Virus record (IMG/VR): IMGVR_UViG_3300032038_000036
Location: 1 to 64,000 of that record
Direction: 5' to 3' (one strand)
Source of the DNA: a virus
Lineage: Duplodnaviria > Caudoviricetes
Length of the DNA: 64,000 nucleotides
Shown in pieces: positions 1 through 10,546 of this stretch; within the stretch, counting starts at the first letter, position 1, and each line of letters opens with the position of its first letter. Under the pieces are notes generated by a model, which saw only the letters and a list, made by a program, of their open reading frames with translations, ran no database searches and was not told the DNA's origin. The translations under genes and the position numbers were made by a program.

Positions 1-739
1 GCGTATTATTAAAATATTGTTCATGTTTTTCTTTGAAACTTGTACCAGTTAGTTTTTCATATGCTGCATTTAATTCTTTATACTTTTTAGAAGCAATTAA
101 TCTATCACGTTTTGCTGCATATATATTACCTAACAAAATATTTGATAAACGTTCTTGTCTTATCAATTTTTCAGCAATATTTGTTTTATCTGATAAGTAT
201 TTAAAATCTTCCTCATATATATGTAATGACCCAACATTCCAATATAAATGCCCGGGAAGAATATCTTTATCTAATTCTGTTATAAGACGATTAACAATTT
301 TTGTAAATACTCCACATTGCCATAAAGAATCCATTGTGTATTCACATACATTATTAGACCTCATATATACAATATAATCAACTCTTTTTTGTTTTTTACG
401 ATAAATTACTTGCATTCCTATTGTACAGATTTTATCTCCATTATGATATTTTTCTGGACATAACATTCCAATATAAGCTTGTCTTGTATCTGGGTCTTCT
501 TTAATTGCTTCAACAACTTTATCTATTTGGTCTCCTAATATAGGATCATAATTATCTATATACCACTGTTCATCTGTAACATGATGATCATGGTAAACTA
601 TATATCCTGTATTAGATTCAAAATTTGCATTTATAAGTTCAATAAAGCTTTGATTTGTTTTTGTATCAAACTTAAAATCTTTGCTATTATACTTTTCCTT
701 TAATAATTTCTTTATTTCCTTTTCACTTAATACTTTCAT
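1..739 (-). CDS. Thymidylate-synthase-fold enzyme, dCMP/dUMP hydroxymethylase-like (3' end runs off window)
   Basis: Not in ORF track; manual translation from ATG at 739: MKVLSEKEIK...EDPDTRQAYI...GDKICTIGMQ...VYMRSNNVCEYTMD...WNVGSLHIYE (TS-family R-Q-A, catalytic Cys, MRSN and SLHIY motifs). Confidence 0.8.
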   Translation of the reverse strand, partial: MKVLSEKEIKKLLKEKYNSKDFKFDTKTNQSFIELINANFESNTGYIVYHDHHVTDEQWYIDNYDPILGDQIDKVVEAIKEDPDTRQAYIGMLCPEKYHNGDKICTIGMQVIYRKKQKRVDYIVYMRSNNVCEYTMDSLWQCGVFTKIVNRLITELDKDILPGHLYWNVGSLHIYEEDFKYLSDKTNIAEKLIRQERLSNILLGNIYAAKRDRLIASKKYKELNAAYEKLTGTSFKEKHEQYFNNT

Positions 740-992
740 AACTTGGTGGTGTCCATACATTTTTATATCCTTCTTCATCTTTTCCATCCCATTCAACCAT
801 TTCTGCAACTTCATCATCAGGTTTCATAAACTTTTCTGCCCATTCTTTAGTATCATACCAAACAATTGGCCTTGCTCCAAATTTGCCAATATATCTATTT
901 ATAAATTTCCATTCACCATCTTCAAATATTTGGTTTGTATATTGTCTTTTATAAAAAGAATATTCGTTATCCCTATATACTAATCTTCTCAT
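723..992 (-). CDS. hypothetical protein
   Basis: ORF in tightly packed minus-strand operon. Confidence 0.6.
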   Translation of the reverse strand: MRRLVYRDNEYSFYKRQYTNQIFEDGEWKFINRYIGKFGARPIVWYDTKEWAEKFMKPDDEVAEMVEWDGKDEEGYKNVWTPPSYESIK

Positions 993-1139
993 TTCATTTC
1001 ATCCCAATTTATTTCTATCTCTTGAAAATTACTATGTCCGTCTTCATTATAAAGAGCAGTAATTCCATAAATATTTACATTGATTTCAAATATTTGTTTA
1101 TCCCCAATTCTTTGACGAATTTGCTCTTCTATTGATGGG

Positions 1140-1460
1140 TCAAGATACACGTTTATCATAATCAGTTTTATTATCTTTATTTTTACCTACATGATATCCA
1201 TCACAAAACAAGCATTTATAATATGAAAAATGAGTATTATATTTTTCACTCATTTTTTCTGCCGACTTACGAGCAGTCTCAACAGTATTATACATTACTT
1301 TAAGTTTGCCTGTATGTTGGTTTATGTGACTGTTTAATGAAAAAGCTCCCCAAGCATTTCTTGTTATAAAGAAATTTGTTATAACTCTTCTTCGTTTAAC
1401 TTGGTCAATAAACCATATCTTAAAGTTTCTCCATTTTATTTTATCTAAATTTAATATCAT
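1140..1460 (-). CDS. hypothetical protein with C-terminal YKCxxCxGYHVG zinc-ribbon-like motif
   Basis: ORF translation; overlapping start/stop with neighbours. Confidence 0.65.
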   Translation of the reverse strand: MILNLDKIKWRNFKIWFIDQVKRRRVITNFFITRNAWGAFSLNSHINQHTGKLKVMYNTVETARKSAEKMSEKYNTHFSYYKCLFCDGYHVGKNKDNKTDYDKRVS

Positions 1461-2348
1461 TTGTATGCCTTTCTTAATTCTTCTATTTCTAATTCCATTT
1501 GTTTGAACTCAAATGAATTATCTTGATCCCAATAAAACTTATGAATAAACAATTTACTTTTCTTTTCAAAGTTTTCAGTATAATTACAATATGAAATAAC
1601 CATCGTACACTTTTGGTCTTTTCTTGTTTCAATTTCATATCGTACATTCATATCAACTTCTCCTAAATACTTCAATTGTAATTCTTGAAGTTTCTTTAAT
1701 GTTTCTTCTTTACTTAATTTCATTCTACAATTTCAGTTTCATATATTTCCCAGTTTCTATCCGGAAATTGTTCCTTTGCATCTTCCATTACCTTTTCAGC
1801 AGAATCATATCTAAGATATGTTACATTATCGTAATCGTACCAGCCACACCATTCAGGAGCTCCCCAACAGTCATGCCCATATTCTCCATAATGTATTTTA
1901 TATGCTATCATTATTCTTCTTTGAAATTTTTATAAAAGTCTTCCCTTGTTCTTGCAAAATATTCTCCATCTGGATTATGATATTCTGTCTTATATAAAAT
2001 AAGTCCACGTCTCCATGTTCCATTATCTTTGAACATAAAATTATCTGTTAATAATGAATATGGATTTCCTGTTTTTGTGTGTATATATCTTTTCATAATT
2101 TTATTGATACATTATAATTATCCGGTTCTTCTTTAATCCAAACTTTACCAATAATACCACCTCTATTGATAATATTTAAAATATCATTTTTAAATCTTTC
2201 TTCATCATCATATTCTTCCACAAAATTCCAACAACCTATTTTCCAAGGTTCTTCAATACAATTCCAAAATTCACAATTATTATTAAATTTATTATGAATA
2301 TCCTGGTCTTCAAGCCACCATTTTTCAATACAATATATCTTCTTCATA

Positions 2349-3485
2349 TTACTTCTTTATGTAATCTTCTATATTTGGATATTTATTTTTAATTTCATTA
2401 TATTTTTGAATATCAATTTGGTCTTCATCAATATAATATCTTACTAAAAATTCAATCATTAATGGCCATGCAACTTCTTTTGCTGATGGACGAGGTGCAC
2501 CAGTTGTTCCTAATGCTCTTAAATTAAAGAAATGACACCAATCAGATGCAAATGCAGTATGTACTGAACAAGTCTTTGTATCAAGAGGAAGTATTAAGCT
2601 ACCTTTCTGTGCAGTCCAATTCTTTTCTCCAAATTGAGTTGTATTCATCATATAAGCATATTCACATGCCATATTAGCAAATAACCAGTAATCAACTTGC
2701 TCCATCGCTGGATAATCAGTGCCTTTAGATATCATATCACACATATCCTTAAATGACATGTGATCACGATTACTATGTATTATTTCTTTTTCGTCATCAG
2801 TAAACCAGATTGGTTCAATAATATTTAATTCAGCTCCAAATTTTTCTTTTGAATAATTACAATAACGAGTTGATTCTTCACCTATTGATTGAACACGGTG
2901 TCTATTAATATCTCGAGCAACAGCAAGATGGTATGTAAATCTTACAGTATATCGTTTTTCATGTTCTTCAGATGGTTCGGTCATCCACTGTAAAACTGAA
3001 TCTTTTAATGATTCTTTTTCAATATGAAAATTGTTAAGCCAATATTTAGAAAGTAATTTATCTCTATTTTCATAAATCACTCTCCAATTTGTTGTAATAA
3101 AATAGAAATGGGCAGATGCTTGTGTTTGCATTCCGTAGCCTTTAATTTCAACATCAACTGTTTCATTGATGGTCTTTTCTTTAACTACTGAATACTTATT
3201 TCGTGAAAAGAAGCTTACAATATCATGTTTCCACATATATTGTGGATCACTTATTGGTGTTCCTAACGGTATTGTTAAATAAACTGTTCCATGTTCAAGC
3301 ATTGCACCATGTTCTGCTTCTTCAAGCATTTTGACAAACTTTTCATATGATGTATCAGTTATCTTATCTTCAGATTTATAACAAGTTCGTCCACAAAGTT
3401 CGATATGCTTAAACATATCTTCAAGTAATGTTTCTTTATTATATTGTTGTTCTAATATTTCAAATTTTGGGGTTATTATATTCAT
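2349..3485 (-). CDS. thyX: FAD-dependent thymidylate synthase
   Basis: IELCGRTCYKSE, HGAMLEH, RHRxxSxxEESTRYCNY ThyX signature. Confidence 0.93.
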   Translation of the reverse strand: MNIITPKFEILEQQYNKETLLEDMFKHIELCGRTCYKSEDKITDTSYEKFVKMLEEAEHGAMLEHGTVYLTIPLGTPISDPQYMWKHDIVSFFSRNKYSVVKEKTINETVDVEIKGYGMQTQASAHFYFITTNWRVIYENRDKLLSKYWLNNFHIEKESLKDSVLQWMTEPSEEHEKRYTVRFTYHLAVARDINRHRVQSIGEESTRYCNYSKEKFGAELNIIEPIWFTDDEKEIIHSNRDHMSFKDMCDMISKGTDYPAMEQVDYWLFANMACEYAYMMNTTQFGEKNWTAQKGSLILPLDTKTCSVHTAFASDWCHFFNLRALGTTGAPRPSAKEVAWPLMIEFLVRYYIDEDQIDIQKYNEIKNKYPNIEDYIKK

Positions 3486-3929
3486 TAACTGAACTTATAT
3501 TTTTGTGCTCTCATAATAAACCAAAACTTTTTAGATTCATTTAATTTTGGTTTTATAGGTTGGAATTTCCACCATTCATTAAGATCATACCATACAACAC
3601 TAGATTGTAGAACATCTTCGATTATGATTGTTCTACCACCTAATGTGTATCGTTTGTTCTTATATATATTGAATGGATTAATCATTAAGCGAATTCCAAT
3701 GAATTTCTGTAATCATCTTCATACTTACTATGTTTTAATTCATAAGCAAAAGATGCATTAAATGCAAACTTCCACCAATTAACAGTAATGAAATGAGATT
3801 CACCTTCTGTTACAATTGTTTGTAAATATACTTGACGAAATAAATCTTGATGTCTAATTACTACGTCATTACCTTCAAATGTATAAACTTTATACCTATC
3901 AATTAATGGAAAAATCATATTAAATTATT

Positions 3930-4301
3930 TTAATCGTTAAACTTATATTTACTTAAAATTTTTGTTTCCTTTTCAACTAAATTTTTTGCTCGTTCTATTC
4001 TACGTTCTCTATAACCTATAAGTCCTTTAAGCCATTGTTCAGCAGCTTCTTTACATGAAAAATAAACTCCTTCATGTGAACTTGCACCATCATGCCAAGT
4101 ACAATATACCTTTACTGGTTCTTTACCATTTACACAATAAATTAATAAATATTTATATGTGTGTTTATTTTCCCACCCACGATATTTTTGTACTTCTTCT
4201 TTAATATCCCAATCTGTTCTTTCAACTGTTCGTGGTTTCATTGTACAGTGATCATAATAATAAATTATATCACCAGGTTGTAAATCTTTAAATTGTTTCA
4301 T
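3930..4301 (-). CDS. hypothetical protein
   Basis: ORF abutting neighbours. Confidence 0.65.
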   Translation of the reverse strand: MKQFKDLQPGDIIYYYDHCTMKPRTVERTDWDIKEEVQKYRGWENKHTYKYLLIYCVNGKEPVKVYCTWHDGASSHEGVYFSCKEAAEQWLKGLIGYRERRIERAKNLVEKETKILSKYKFND

Positions 4302-5215
4302 TAGAATATATCTGCTAAATTTTCTTCTTGTGTTTGCACTTCTTGTTGTACTTTCTCTTCTTTCTTTTCCTCTTTCTTTTGAGATTCTAGAATCATATGT
4401 TTTTCAATTGCAAATTTATAGAAAACATTCATCATATTTTCATCATAAGGCATTGCTCCTTGATGTATTTGATAATTCATGTTAACCTCAGGAATAATAT
4501 GATCCGGTAAATTTACAATCATTACAACTATATCTTCAGGTTTTGTATCTTCAGGTACATATCCTGACTTAATTAATGCTTGCTTATAAAAATATAATTG
4601 CAATGTATAACGATACCAATTCAATTGAGGATATTTAAACATAGGACCTAACATTTTCTTTGTCCATTTTGTTGCAACTTTATCAATTGTTCCTGATGAC
4701 TTCCAATCAATTAATATATACTTACCTGTACGTTTATTTCTAAATAAAGCATCAAAACGTCCATATACATACATATCTTCTTTTGTCATCGGATCTTTAA
4801 CCTTAAGATAAAGATACTTTTCTCTATCAATAAATTCAGTATCTCCTGACTTACTTAATACAGAATAGAAATTATCAAAAGCATCACAATGAGCTTTAAG
4901 TCTTTCATCAAAATCATATCCATTATCAAGTTTGAATAATCGTAGATCATTTTCATTACCTGTTAATATACATCCAATATAATCATCAAGTAACGATCCA
5001 TAATGAGTTGATGTTGCACCTTTTGCTGACCATGCATCACGAATCTGTTCAGCTGTCATATGATAATATTCTGACTCAGGATTATCAAAATATTTTGCAG
5101 ATGTATTTTCAGATACAGTTTCAGCATCAAATGGTGTTTCTAACATATCAAGTAAATTTGAAATACTTACTTTTCTTAAATTTTTATCTACATCTAAATT
5201 TGAAAAATCTATCAT
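4301..5215 (-). CDS. PD-(D/E)XK (RecB/Cas4-like) exonuclease
   Basis: GRFDALF...LIDWKS...YTLQLYFY motifs. Confidence 0.8.
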   Translation of the reverse strand: MIDFSNLDVDKNLRKVSISNLLDMLETPFDAETVSENTSAKYFDNPESEYYHMTAEQIRDAWSAKGATSTHYGSLLDDYIGCILTGNENDLRLFKLDNGYDFDERLKAHCDAFDNFYSVLSKSGDTEFIDREKYLYLKVKDPMTKEDMYVYGRFDALFRNKRTGKYILIDWKSSGTIDKVATKWTKKMLGPMFKYPQLNWYRYTLQLYFYKQALIKSGYVPEDTKPEDIVVMIVNLPDHIIPEVNMNYQIHQGAMPYDENMMNVFYKFAIEKHMILESQKKEEKKEEKVQQEVQTQEENLADIF

Positions 5216-5298
5216 ATAAACCTCATATAAATATATTACAATATAGAATTTTTGAAATAAAAATTAAAATATTAAAGGATGTTAAAATCTTAATTATA

Positions 5299-5337
5299 TT
5301 TGAATTTTAAAATATATTTTCTATATTATATTTGTAA
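5299..5337 (+). promoter_or_regulatory. phage promoter motif TTTGAA-N16-CTATATTAWWWTTGTAA
   Basis: one of 14 fixed-length copies. Confidence 0.75.
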
Positions 5338-5504
5338 ATAATTAATGAATATGAAAGGTTTAATTACTCCACTGTTTGAAAATTGGTTTAAAAAGATTGA
5401 CAATACGATGGTTCTTTACTGTGTAGTCAATATGTTTGAGGCTTTTTTCTGGTGTTTTGTGGTTGCTTTCATTGTTTCAGGTGAATTTCTAAAATATATT
5501 TAAT

Positions 5505-5915
5505 ATGAGATTTGGAAAAAAGAAAACAGAAGCTATTGAAGAGTTAAAGAAGAAATATGTCTCACATGGCATGTGGTCAACAGGTTATCAGCTTGATGAC
5601 ATTACTAAAGGTATTGCAGAAGCACTTGGAAAAACTATAGTTCATATTAATGTTCCTTATTCAAATTTCAATTGCCATGGTGAAGCAGTTAAAGTAGCAA
5701 AAGATGTAAAAGGACTAATGCCATTTTCAACTGCTCGAGTTTCTTTTGATGAAGTTACAACATTGTTTTATGGAGATAATCATATCACTCGTGGCAATTA
5801 TCTTCCTTTCTTAGCAGATGTTGATTGTTTCTATATTAAGAATATTGATACGACAGGAAATCTTTGGGTTACTGTTGATTTGAAGAAAGGTCCAAGTTGG
5901 AGATCTTATCTTTAA
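5505..5915 (+). CDS. hypothetical protein
   Basis: ORF downstream of promoter motif. Confidence 0.65.
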   Translation: MRFGKKKTEAIEELKKKYVSHGMWSTGYQLDDITKGIAEALGKTIVHINVPYSNFNCHGEAVKVAKDVKGLMPFSTARVSFDEVTTLFYGDNHITRGNYLPFLADVDCFYIKNIDTTGNLWVTVDLKKGPSWRSYL

Positions 5916-5929
5916 ATTTTCATAATATA

Positions 5930-5968
5930 TTTGAAATTTAAAAATTAAATACTATATTATATTTGTAA
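5930..5968 (+). promoter_or_regulatory. phage promoter motif
   Basis: 39-nt motif copy. Confidence 0.75.
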
Positions 5969-5991
5969 TTATTAATTAAACAATAAAAAAT

Positions 5992-6309
5992 ATGATAAAC
6001 GAAATTTGGAAACCCATTTCTAAGGATTTGTATTACATGGATTCACTTATTGGTGATTATGAAGTTTCAAATAAGGGACGTATTCGTAATGCAAAGACAG
6101 GTAAGTTTATTCATCCATTTAAGACACAGGACAAGAAACGTTTGAAGTGGACAAATCACAAGACACTTAAAACTTGGAACAGTACACTGCAGTTCTTGGT
6201 TGACCACACTGTTTATCAGACATTTGTTGGTGACTGTTATGGAAAGGTAATTTATCATCGTGATGGTGATAATTTCAATAATGCAGTTGATAACCTTTAT
6301 ATTAAGTAA
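5992..6309 (+). CDS. NUMOD4/HNH homing-endonuclease-like protein (degenerate)
   Basis: EIWKPI...YEVSNKGRIRN (NUMOD4) and VIYHRDGDNFNNAVDNL (HNH-like). Confidence 0.75.
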   Translation: MINEIWKPISKDLYYMDSLIGDYEVSNKGRIRNAKTGKFIHPFKTQDKKRLKWTNHKTLKTWNSTLQFLVDHTVYQTFVGDCYGKVIYHRDGDNFNNAVDNLYIK

Positions 6310-6652
6310 TATGACTAATCAAGATATAATTAATGTATGTGAATCTGCCCGTTACCATCTCATTTGTATATCAACTGAGATGGATAATTTTATTAAAAAC
6401 AATTATTCAGATGGCAACAGTGAGGGTAAATTTTATAAAGTTTATCGGGAAGGTAATGATGCAAAATACGGTCATTATATGATTAATCCTCATACAATGA
6501 AACGTCGTAGTTCAACATTTGATGAGTTCTATGGTGGTGGCATTGTAGATTAATTTCATATTCTATTTAAATATTTTTTTGTGAATACTATATAATAACT
6601 GATAATATTAAATAACATATATAATAAGTTAAACATTTTAAAATTGTAAGAA

Positions 6653-7072
6653 ATGGTTACACATTATAATCCAAATCCTACTTGTAAATTTTTCAAGTCA
6701 GGTAAACCAAAAAATTGGTATATTGATGATTCTGCGGTTCGTGCAATTGCAAAGGTATTTGATACAACTTGGGAAACTGCGTATGATATGTTATGTAAAG
6801 CAGGTTTAGCTTTGCACGATATACCAACTTCAAAGCAAGCAATTAATTATATTCTTGAAAAGAATGGTTTTGAATTTGTTACTTTAGGTAAGCCAAAGAA
6901 AGGTGAGTCTCGTCCATCAGTTAAAGAATTTACTGAGGAACTTGGAGCAAATAGCCCAATGTATGTATTGAACTTGGCTGATTATTTTGTAACAGTAATC
7001 AACGGGGAGATCTTTGATGTTTCAGAGGATTGTTTGAAACCTTCTGTTTATTCATATTGGGTAAAGAAATAA
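6653..7072 (+). CDS. phage hypothetical protein (YNPNP...VRAIAK)
   Basis: ORF translation. Confidence 0.6.
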   Translation: MVTHYNPNPTCKFFKSGKPKNWYIDDSAVRAIAKVFDTTWETAYDMLCKAGLALHDIPTSKQAINYILEKNGFEFVTLGKPKKGESRPSVKEFTEELGANSPMYVLNLADYFVTVINGEIFDVSEDCLKPSVYSYWVKK

Positions 7073-7160
7073 TTAAATTAGATTTCAGAAAAGTTCTATA
7101 TTAATATAATTTACATCAGAATGTAAATGAATGATGTATAAAAAATATATATAGAACTCC

Positions 7161-7688
7161 ATGAAAGAAACTTTAGTTATTAATTTAATAGGTGGTCCTT
7201 GCAGTGGCAAGTCGACTGTTGCAGCTGAATTATTTGCAAGACTCAAAAAAATGGGTATAAAAACAGAACTTGTTTCTGAATATATTAAAGATAGAATTTA
7301 TGAAGAAAACAAGACAATGCCGAATAATCAGATTGCAATATTTGGAATGGAACATTATAATATTTCCAACAAGTTAGGAAAAGTTGAAGTAATAGTTCAT
7401 GATGGATCATTTATTAATAACATCCTATATAAAAAAGAAGATAACCAAGAATTTGATAATTTAATTGTAAGTGAATATCATAAATTCAATAATTTAGATT
7501 TCTTTATTAAAAGAGGTAATATTGAATTTGAAGACTACGGACGAATACATAATTATGAGCAATCACTTGAATTAGATGAAAAAATAAAACAATTGTATAA
7601 CAATTGTGGAGCTAACTTTATTGAGGTTGAATCTCGAGATGCAGTAGATAAAATTATTCCAATTGTTTTAAAAAAGTTAAACAAATGA
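7161..7688 (+). CDS. P-loop nucleotide kinase (NadR/AAA_28-like)
   Basis: VINLIGGPCSGKST Walker A; VSEYIK; HDGS. Confidence 0.8.
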   Translation: MKETLVINLIGGPCSGKSTVAAELFARLKKMGIKTELVSEYIKDRIYEENKTMPNNQIAIFGMEHYNISNKLGKVEVIVHDGSFINNILYKKEDNQEFDNLIVSEYHKFNNLDFFIKRGNIEFEDYGRIHNYEQSLELDEKIKQLYNNCGANFIEVESRDAVDKIIPIVLKKLNK

Positions 7689-7853
7689 TTTGTACAAGAA
7701 TAAACGATAAAAACTTAACAAGATACAATTATAAGTTTATTCCTGAAACTGATAAGGTTGAAGTATCTAATAAAGATTTTTATGATGTAATATCTTATGA
7801 TGATTGGAGAAAAGAATATTACATTGTTGATAAATGGGGAAGTGTAGAATAAA

Positions 7854-8387
7854 ATGAAAAAAGAAAAAATAAATGGACTTGAACACGGATATACTGATGA
7901 GGAAATACAAAACATCAGAGAAAATTTCCGTAAAGCATTTGGTGTTCCTTATGGATTGATGTATGGACACGTAAAGGAATTATGCTCCAAGAAAGAGTCC
8001 GTTATGAAAAAATTCATTAAGGTAGGCGATAATTTTTATCATTTCATGTTCAAGAAACAAGCAAATGATTTGGGTCTTAAAGAAGGATATGTAAAGATAT
8101 TGATAACTTATCGTCGTGCTGATGTAATATTTTTCACTTATCCTGATTCTATTAATCCAAGAAAGGAATATCATTTTGATTTAGGATCTGAGTTCTGCGA
8201 AAAATTGATTCCTTTTAAAATTCATTATGATAGACTATCAATAAAATCAAAGAATAGATTCTTAGTTCAATTAGATTTTTCTCCAAGACTTGCGGGTAAA
8301 CATATTGAAGTATTTGATGAGAATAACATTAGATTGCCTGATATTGTAATTGGAGATGATGGCAAAGAAATAAAAGACGATATATAA
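7854..8387 (+). CDS. hypothetical protein
   Basis: ORF; shares KIxITYxRxxxxFxxxPD segment with 17755..18237. Confidence 0.65.
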   Translation: MKKEKINGLEHGYTDEEIQNIRENFRKAFGVPYGLMYGHVKELCSKKESVMKKFIKVGDNFYHFMFKKQANDLGLKEGYVKILITYRRADVIFFTYPDSINPRKEYHFDLGSEFCEKLIPFKIHYDRLSIKSKNRFLVQLDFSPRLAGKHIEVFDENNIRLPDIVIGDDGKEIKDDI

Positions 8388-8546
8388 AATGGCTACAGGA
8401 AATACTTTAATGGTCCGCGATATGTTAGGAAGAACATATTTTTCCAACAATAATAATGGTGGAGGGCTTGAGCCGAAACCCTGGTGGATTATTGCATTCC
8501 TAATTGGCTTTATAATATTTGAATATATTAAGTGGACATTCTTTAG

Positions 8547-9092
8547 ATGAGAAATTTTGAATTTTTTCCGTTTGTTGTAGATAAGCACAACAATGTTTGG
8601 AAGTACGTAAAAGCTAAAGATCATTTCATCAAGGTAACTCCGTGGGAACCTGGTGAAGATCGTCGAGTTAATCGTTTTGAAATTGAAAAGCTTATCATTA
8701 AAAATGAATTAACTCAAATGAAAAACAAACCAGCAGTTCATGAAATTATCAATAGTCGCTGGGATAATATTTATTATGAATGGGAGTACATGGGTGTTAA
8801 ATATACAGTAGAAGACTGTAAACATTCATTACCAATTGGAAGAGCACCAGTTCACCCATTTGAACATAAATATAAAGATGCAAGTGGTAAAGAACATACA
8901 TGGATTGAAAAAGGTTGGCGTATTGGTTTTAACAATGGTAAAATTGTGTGGGTTAATTATTATCATTATGCTCCAAGAATTGTAATATCACCATTTGAAA
9001 ATATTGATAAAGAACCACATGATAATTTCAGTTGGACAACTGATAAACATGTAAGACCAATTTATTCGCATAAAATAGGAGATTTAATTTAA
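8547..9092 (+). CDS. hypothetical protein
   Basis: ORF. Confidence 0.65.
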   Translation: MRNFEFFPFVVDKHNNVWKYVKAKDHFIKVTPWEPGEDRRVNRFEIEKLIIKNELTQMKNKPAVHEIINSRWDNIYYEWEYMGVKYTVEDCKHSLPIGRAPVHPFEHKYKDASGKEHTWIEKGWRIGFNNGKIVWVNYYHYAPRIVISPFENIDKEPHDNFSWTTDKHVRPIYSHKIGDLI

Positions 9093-9118
9093 ACATTAAC
9101 TTTTAATATAAATAATTT

Positions 9119-9553
9119 ATGGAAAAGATTACTCGTGCAAATCTGCTTAAGCAACTTGATGCAGTAAATGAGAAAATTACAAGTCTCGAGTCAAAGGTTT
9201 ACAATTATGCAACAAACAAGGCATGGCCTGGATGTTTAGTTATTAACAAGATTGAAAATGTTAAGCAACTTATTTCAACTTGGGAGACTATTCATACTGC
9301 AACAAAGACAAGCCATGATGCAATTGCTGCACTTGGATTGGATAAGTTAGGACTTGTAAATGAAAATGATGAGAAGTTCAATGGATTTACTCTTAAGGAG
9401 TGGGAAGATGACTTGAAGCTTTGTGCACAAAAGTTTGCTGATGCAGTAACACTTGAGAACCTTAGAAAGGCTAAGAAGATTCTTGAAAAGAACATGAGTG
9501 AGGATGATAAGTTTGCTGCAGATATGAATGCTGTTGCAGATCTTATTAAGTAA
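9119..9553 (+). CDS. hypothetical coiled-coil protein
   Basis: ORF followed by terminator. Confidence 0.7.
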   Translation: MEKITRANLLKQLDAVNEKITSLESKVYNYATNKAWPGCLVINKIENVKQLISTWETIHTATKTSHDAIAALGLDKLGLVNENDEKFNGFTLKEWEDDLKLCAQKFADAVTLENLRKAKKILEKNMSEDDKFAADMNAVADLIK

Positions 9554-9571
9554 ACAATTATTAATTTAATA

Positions 9572-9600
9572 GGTGCTAACATATGTTAGCACCATTTTCT
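9572..9600 (+). terminator. intrinsic terminator
   Basis: GGTGCTAAC atat GTTAGCACC plus T tract. Confidence 0.75.
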
Positions 9601-10318
9601 TTTATTATGAACGACAGATATATAATTAAGTGTATTGCCATTAAGAATATTAAGTCAGACAAACTTAATGAAGAATGGATGATTACTGAAGGCAATGAAT
9701 ATTGGTATAATCCTGAAGCATCAACATTTAGTTGTGTACATGATTATGATTTAGTTAAGAAATTTTTTCCATATAAGCAATTTCCAAGTTCAATTATTCC
9801 TGTTACAAAAATTCAGAATAATGCAAAAATATTCAAGAAACTTGCAACAGCAAAAGATCACACAAAAATAGTTGAAAATACTGGATATTTCAAATGTGAA
9901 ATTTATAGAGTTATAACAACTATAGAGAAATTATAATGAAAGAAATAATTAAGAGAAAATTAATAAGAATACGTCATTATAAGTATCATAATAAACCTAT
10001 CAATTTCAAAAATGGTAAACCTTGTGTATGGGAAACTGCATGGGATGACACATATTTACAAACATTTTATTATAATGATAACAATGAATTAATTGTTGAA
10101 CATGATTTGGATTATACAAAAGCAGCAATGTTTGAACATGACAATGATGTAATGAAATATAATGGAGTTAATTATGATATTGATGATATTGTAAAATTGC
10201 TTGAAAATAATTTAAAACCCAAAAAAGATTATTATATTAAAGCAGTAAATTGTGAAACTAAAATAGGATAAAAATCATATATTATTTATTTCATTTAATT
10301 CATAAAAATTAAATTATA

Positions 10319-10357
10319 TTTGAAATTTTGATTAAAGATACTATATTATATTTGTAA
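10319..10357 (+). promoter_or_regulatory. phage promoter motif
   Basis: 39-nt motif copy upstream of ligA operon. Confidence 0.75.
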
Positions 10358-10546
10358 TCAAAATAAAATAAATATGACAGCAAAAGACATCAAACTTATC
10401 GAGAAAGCAAAAAATGATTTTTGGGAAAACATCAAGCCCGAAGAGGCCGACACTGAAGAGACTCGTGAAATTCTCGATGAAATTCGTGCTGATGGCTACC
10501 ACATGGAGGAAGCAATTTATGGAATGATTTAATTATACAATACAAT

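Noticed and set aside
33-983. Plus-strand ORFs 33..377 and 681..983
   Set aside because: Antisense to the TS-fold gene and its neighbour, with Phe/Ile/Ser-rich shadow composition
4301-5215. Cas4/CRISPR adaptation gene
   Set aside because: No Fe-S cysteine cluster and no array; generic phage PD-(D/E)XK exonuclease
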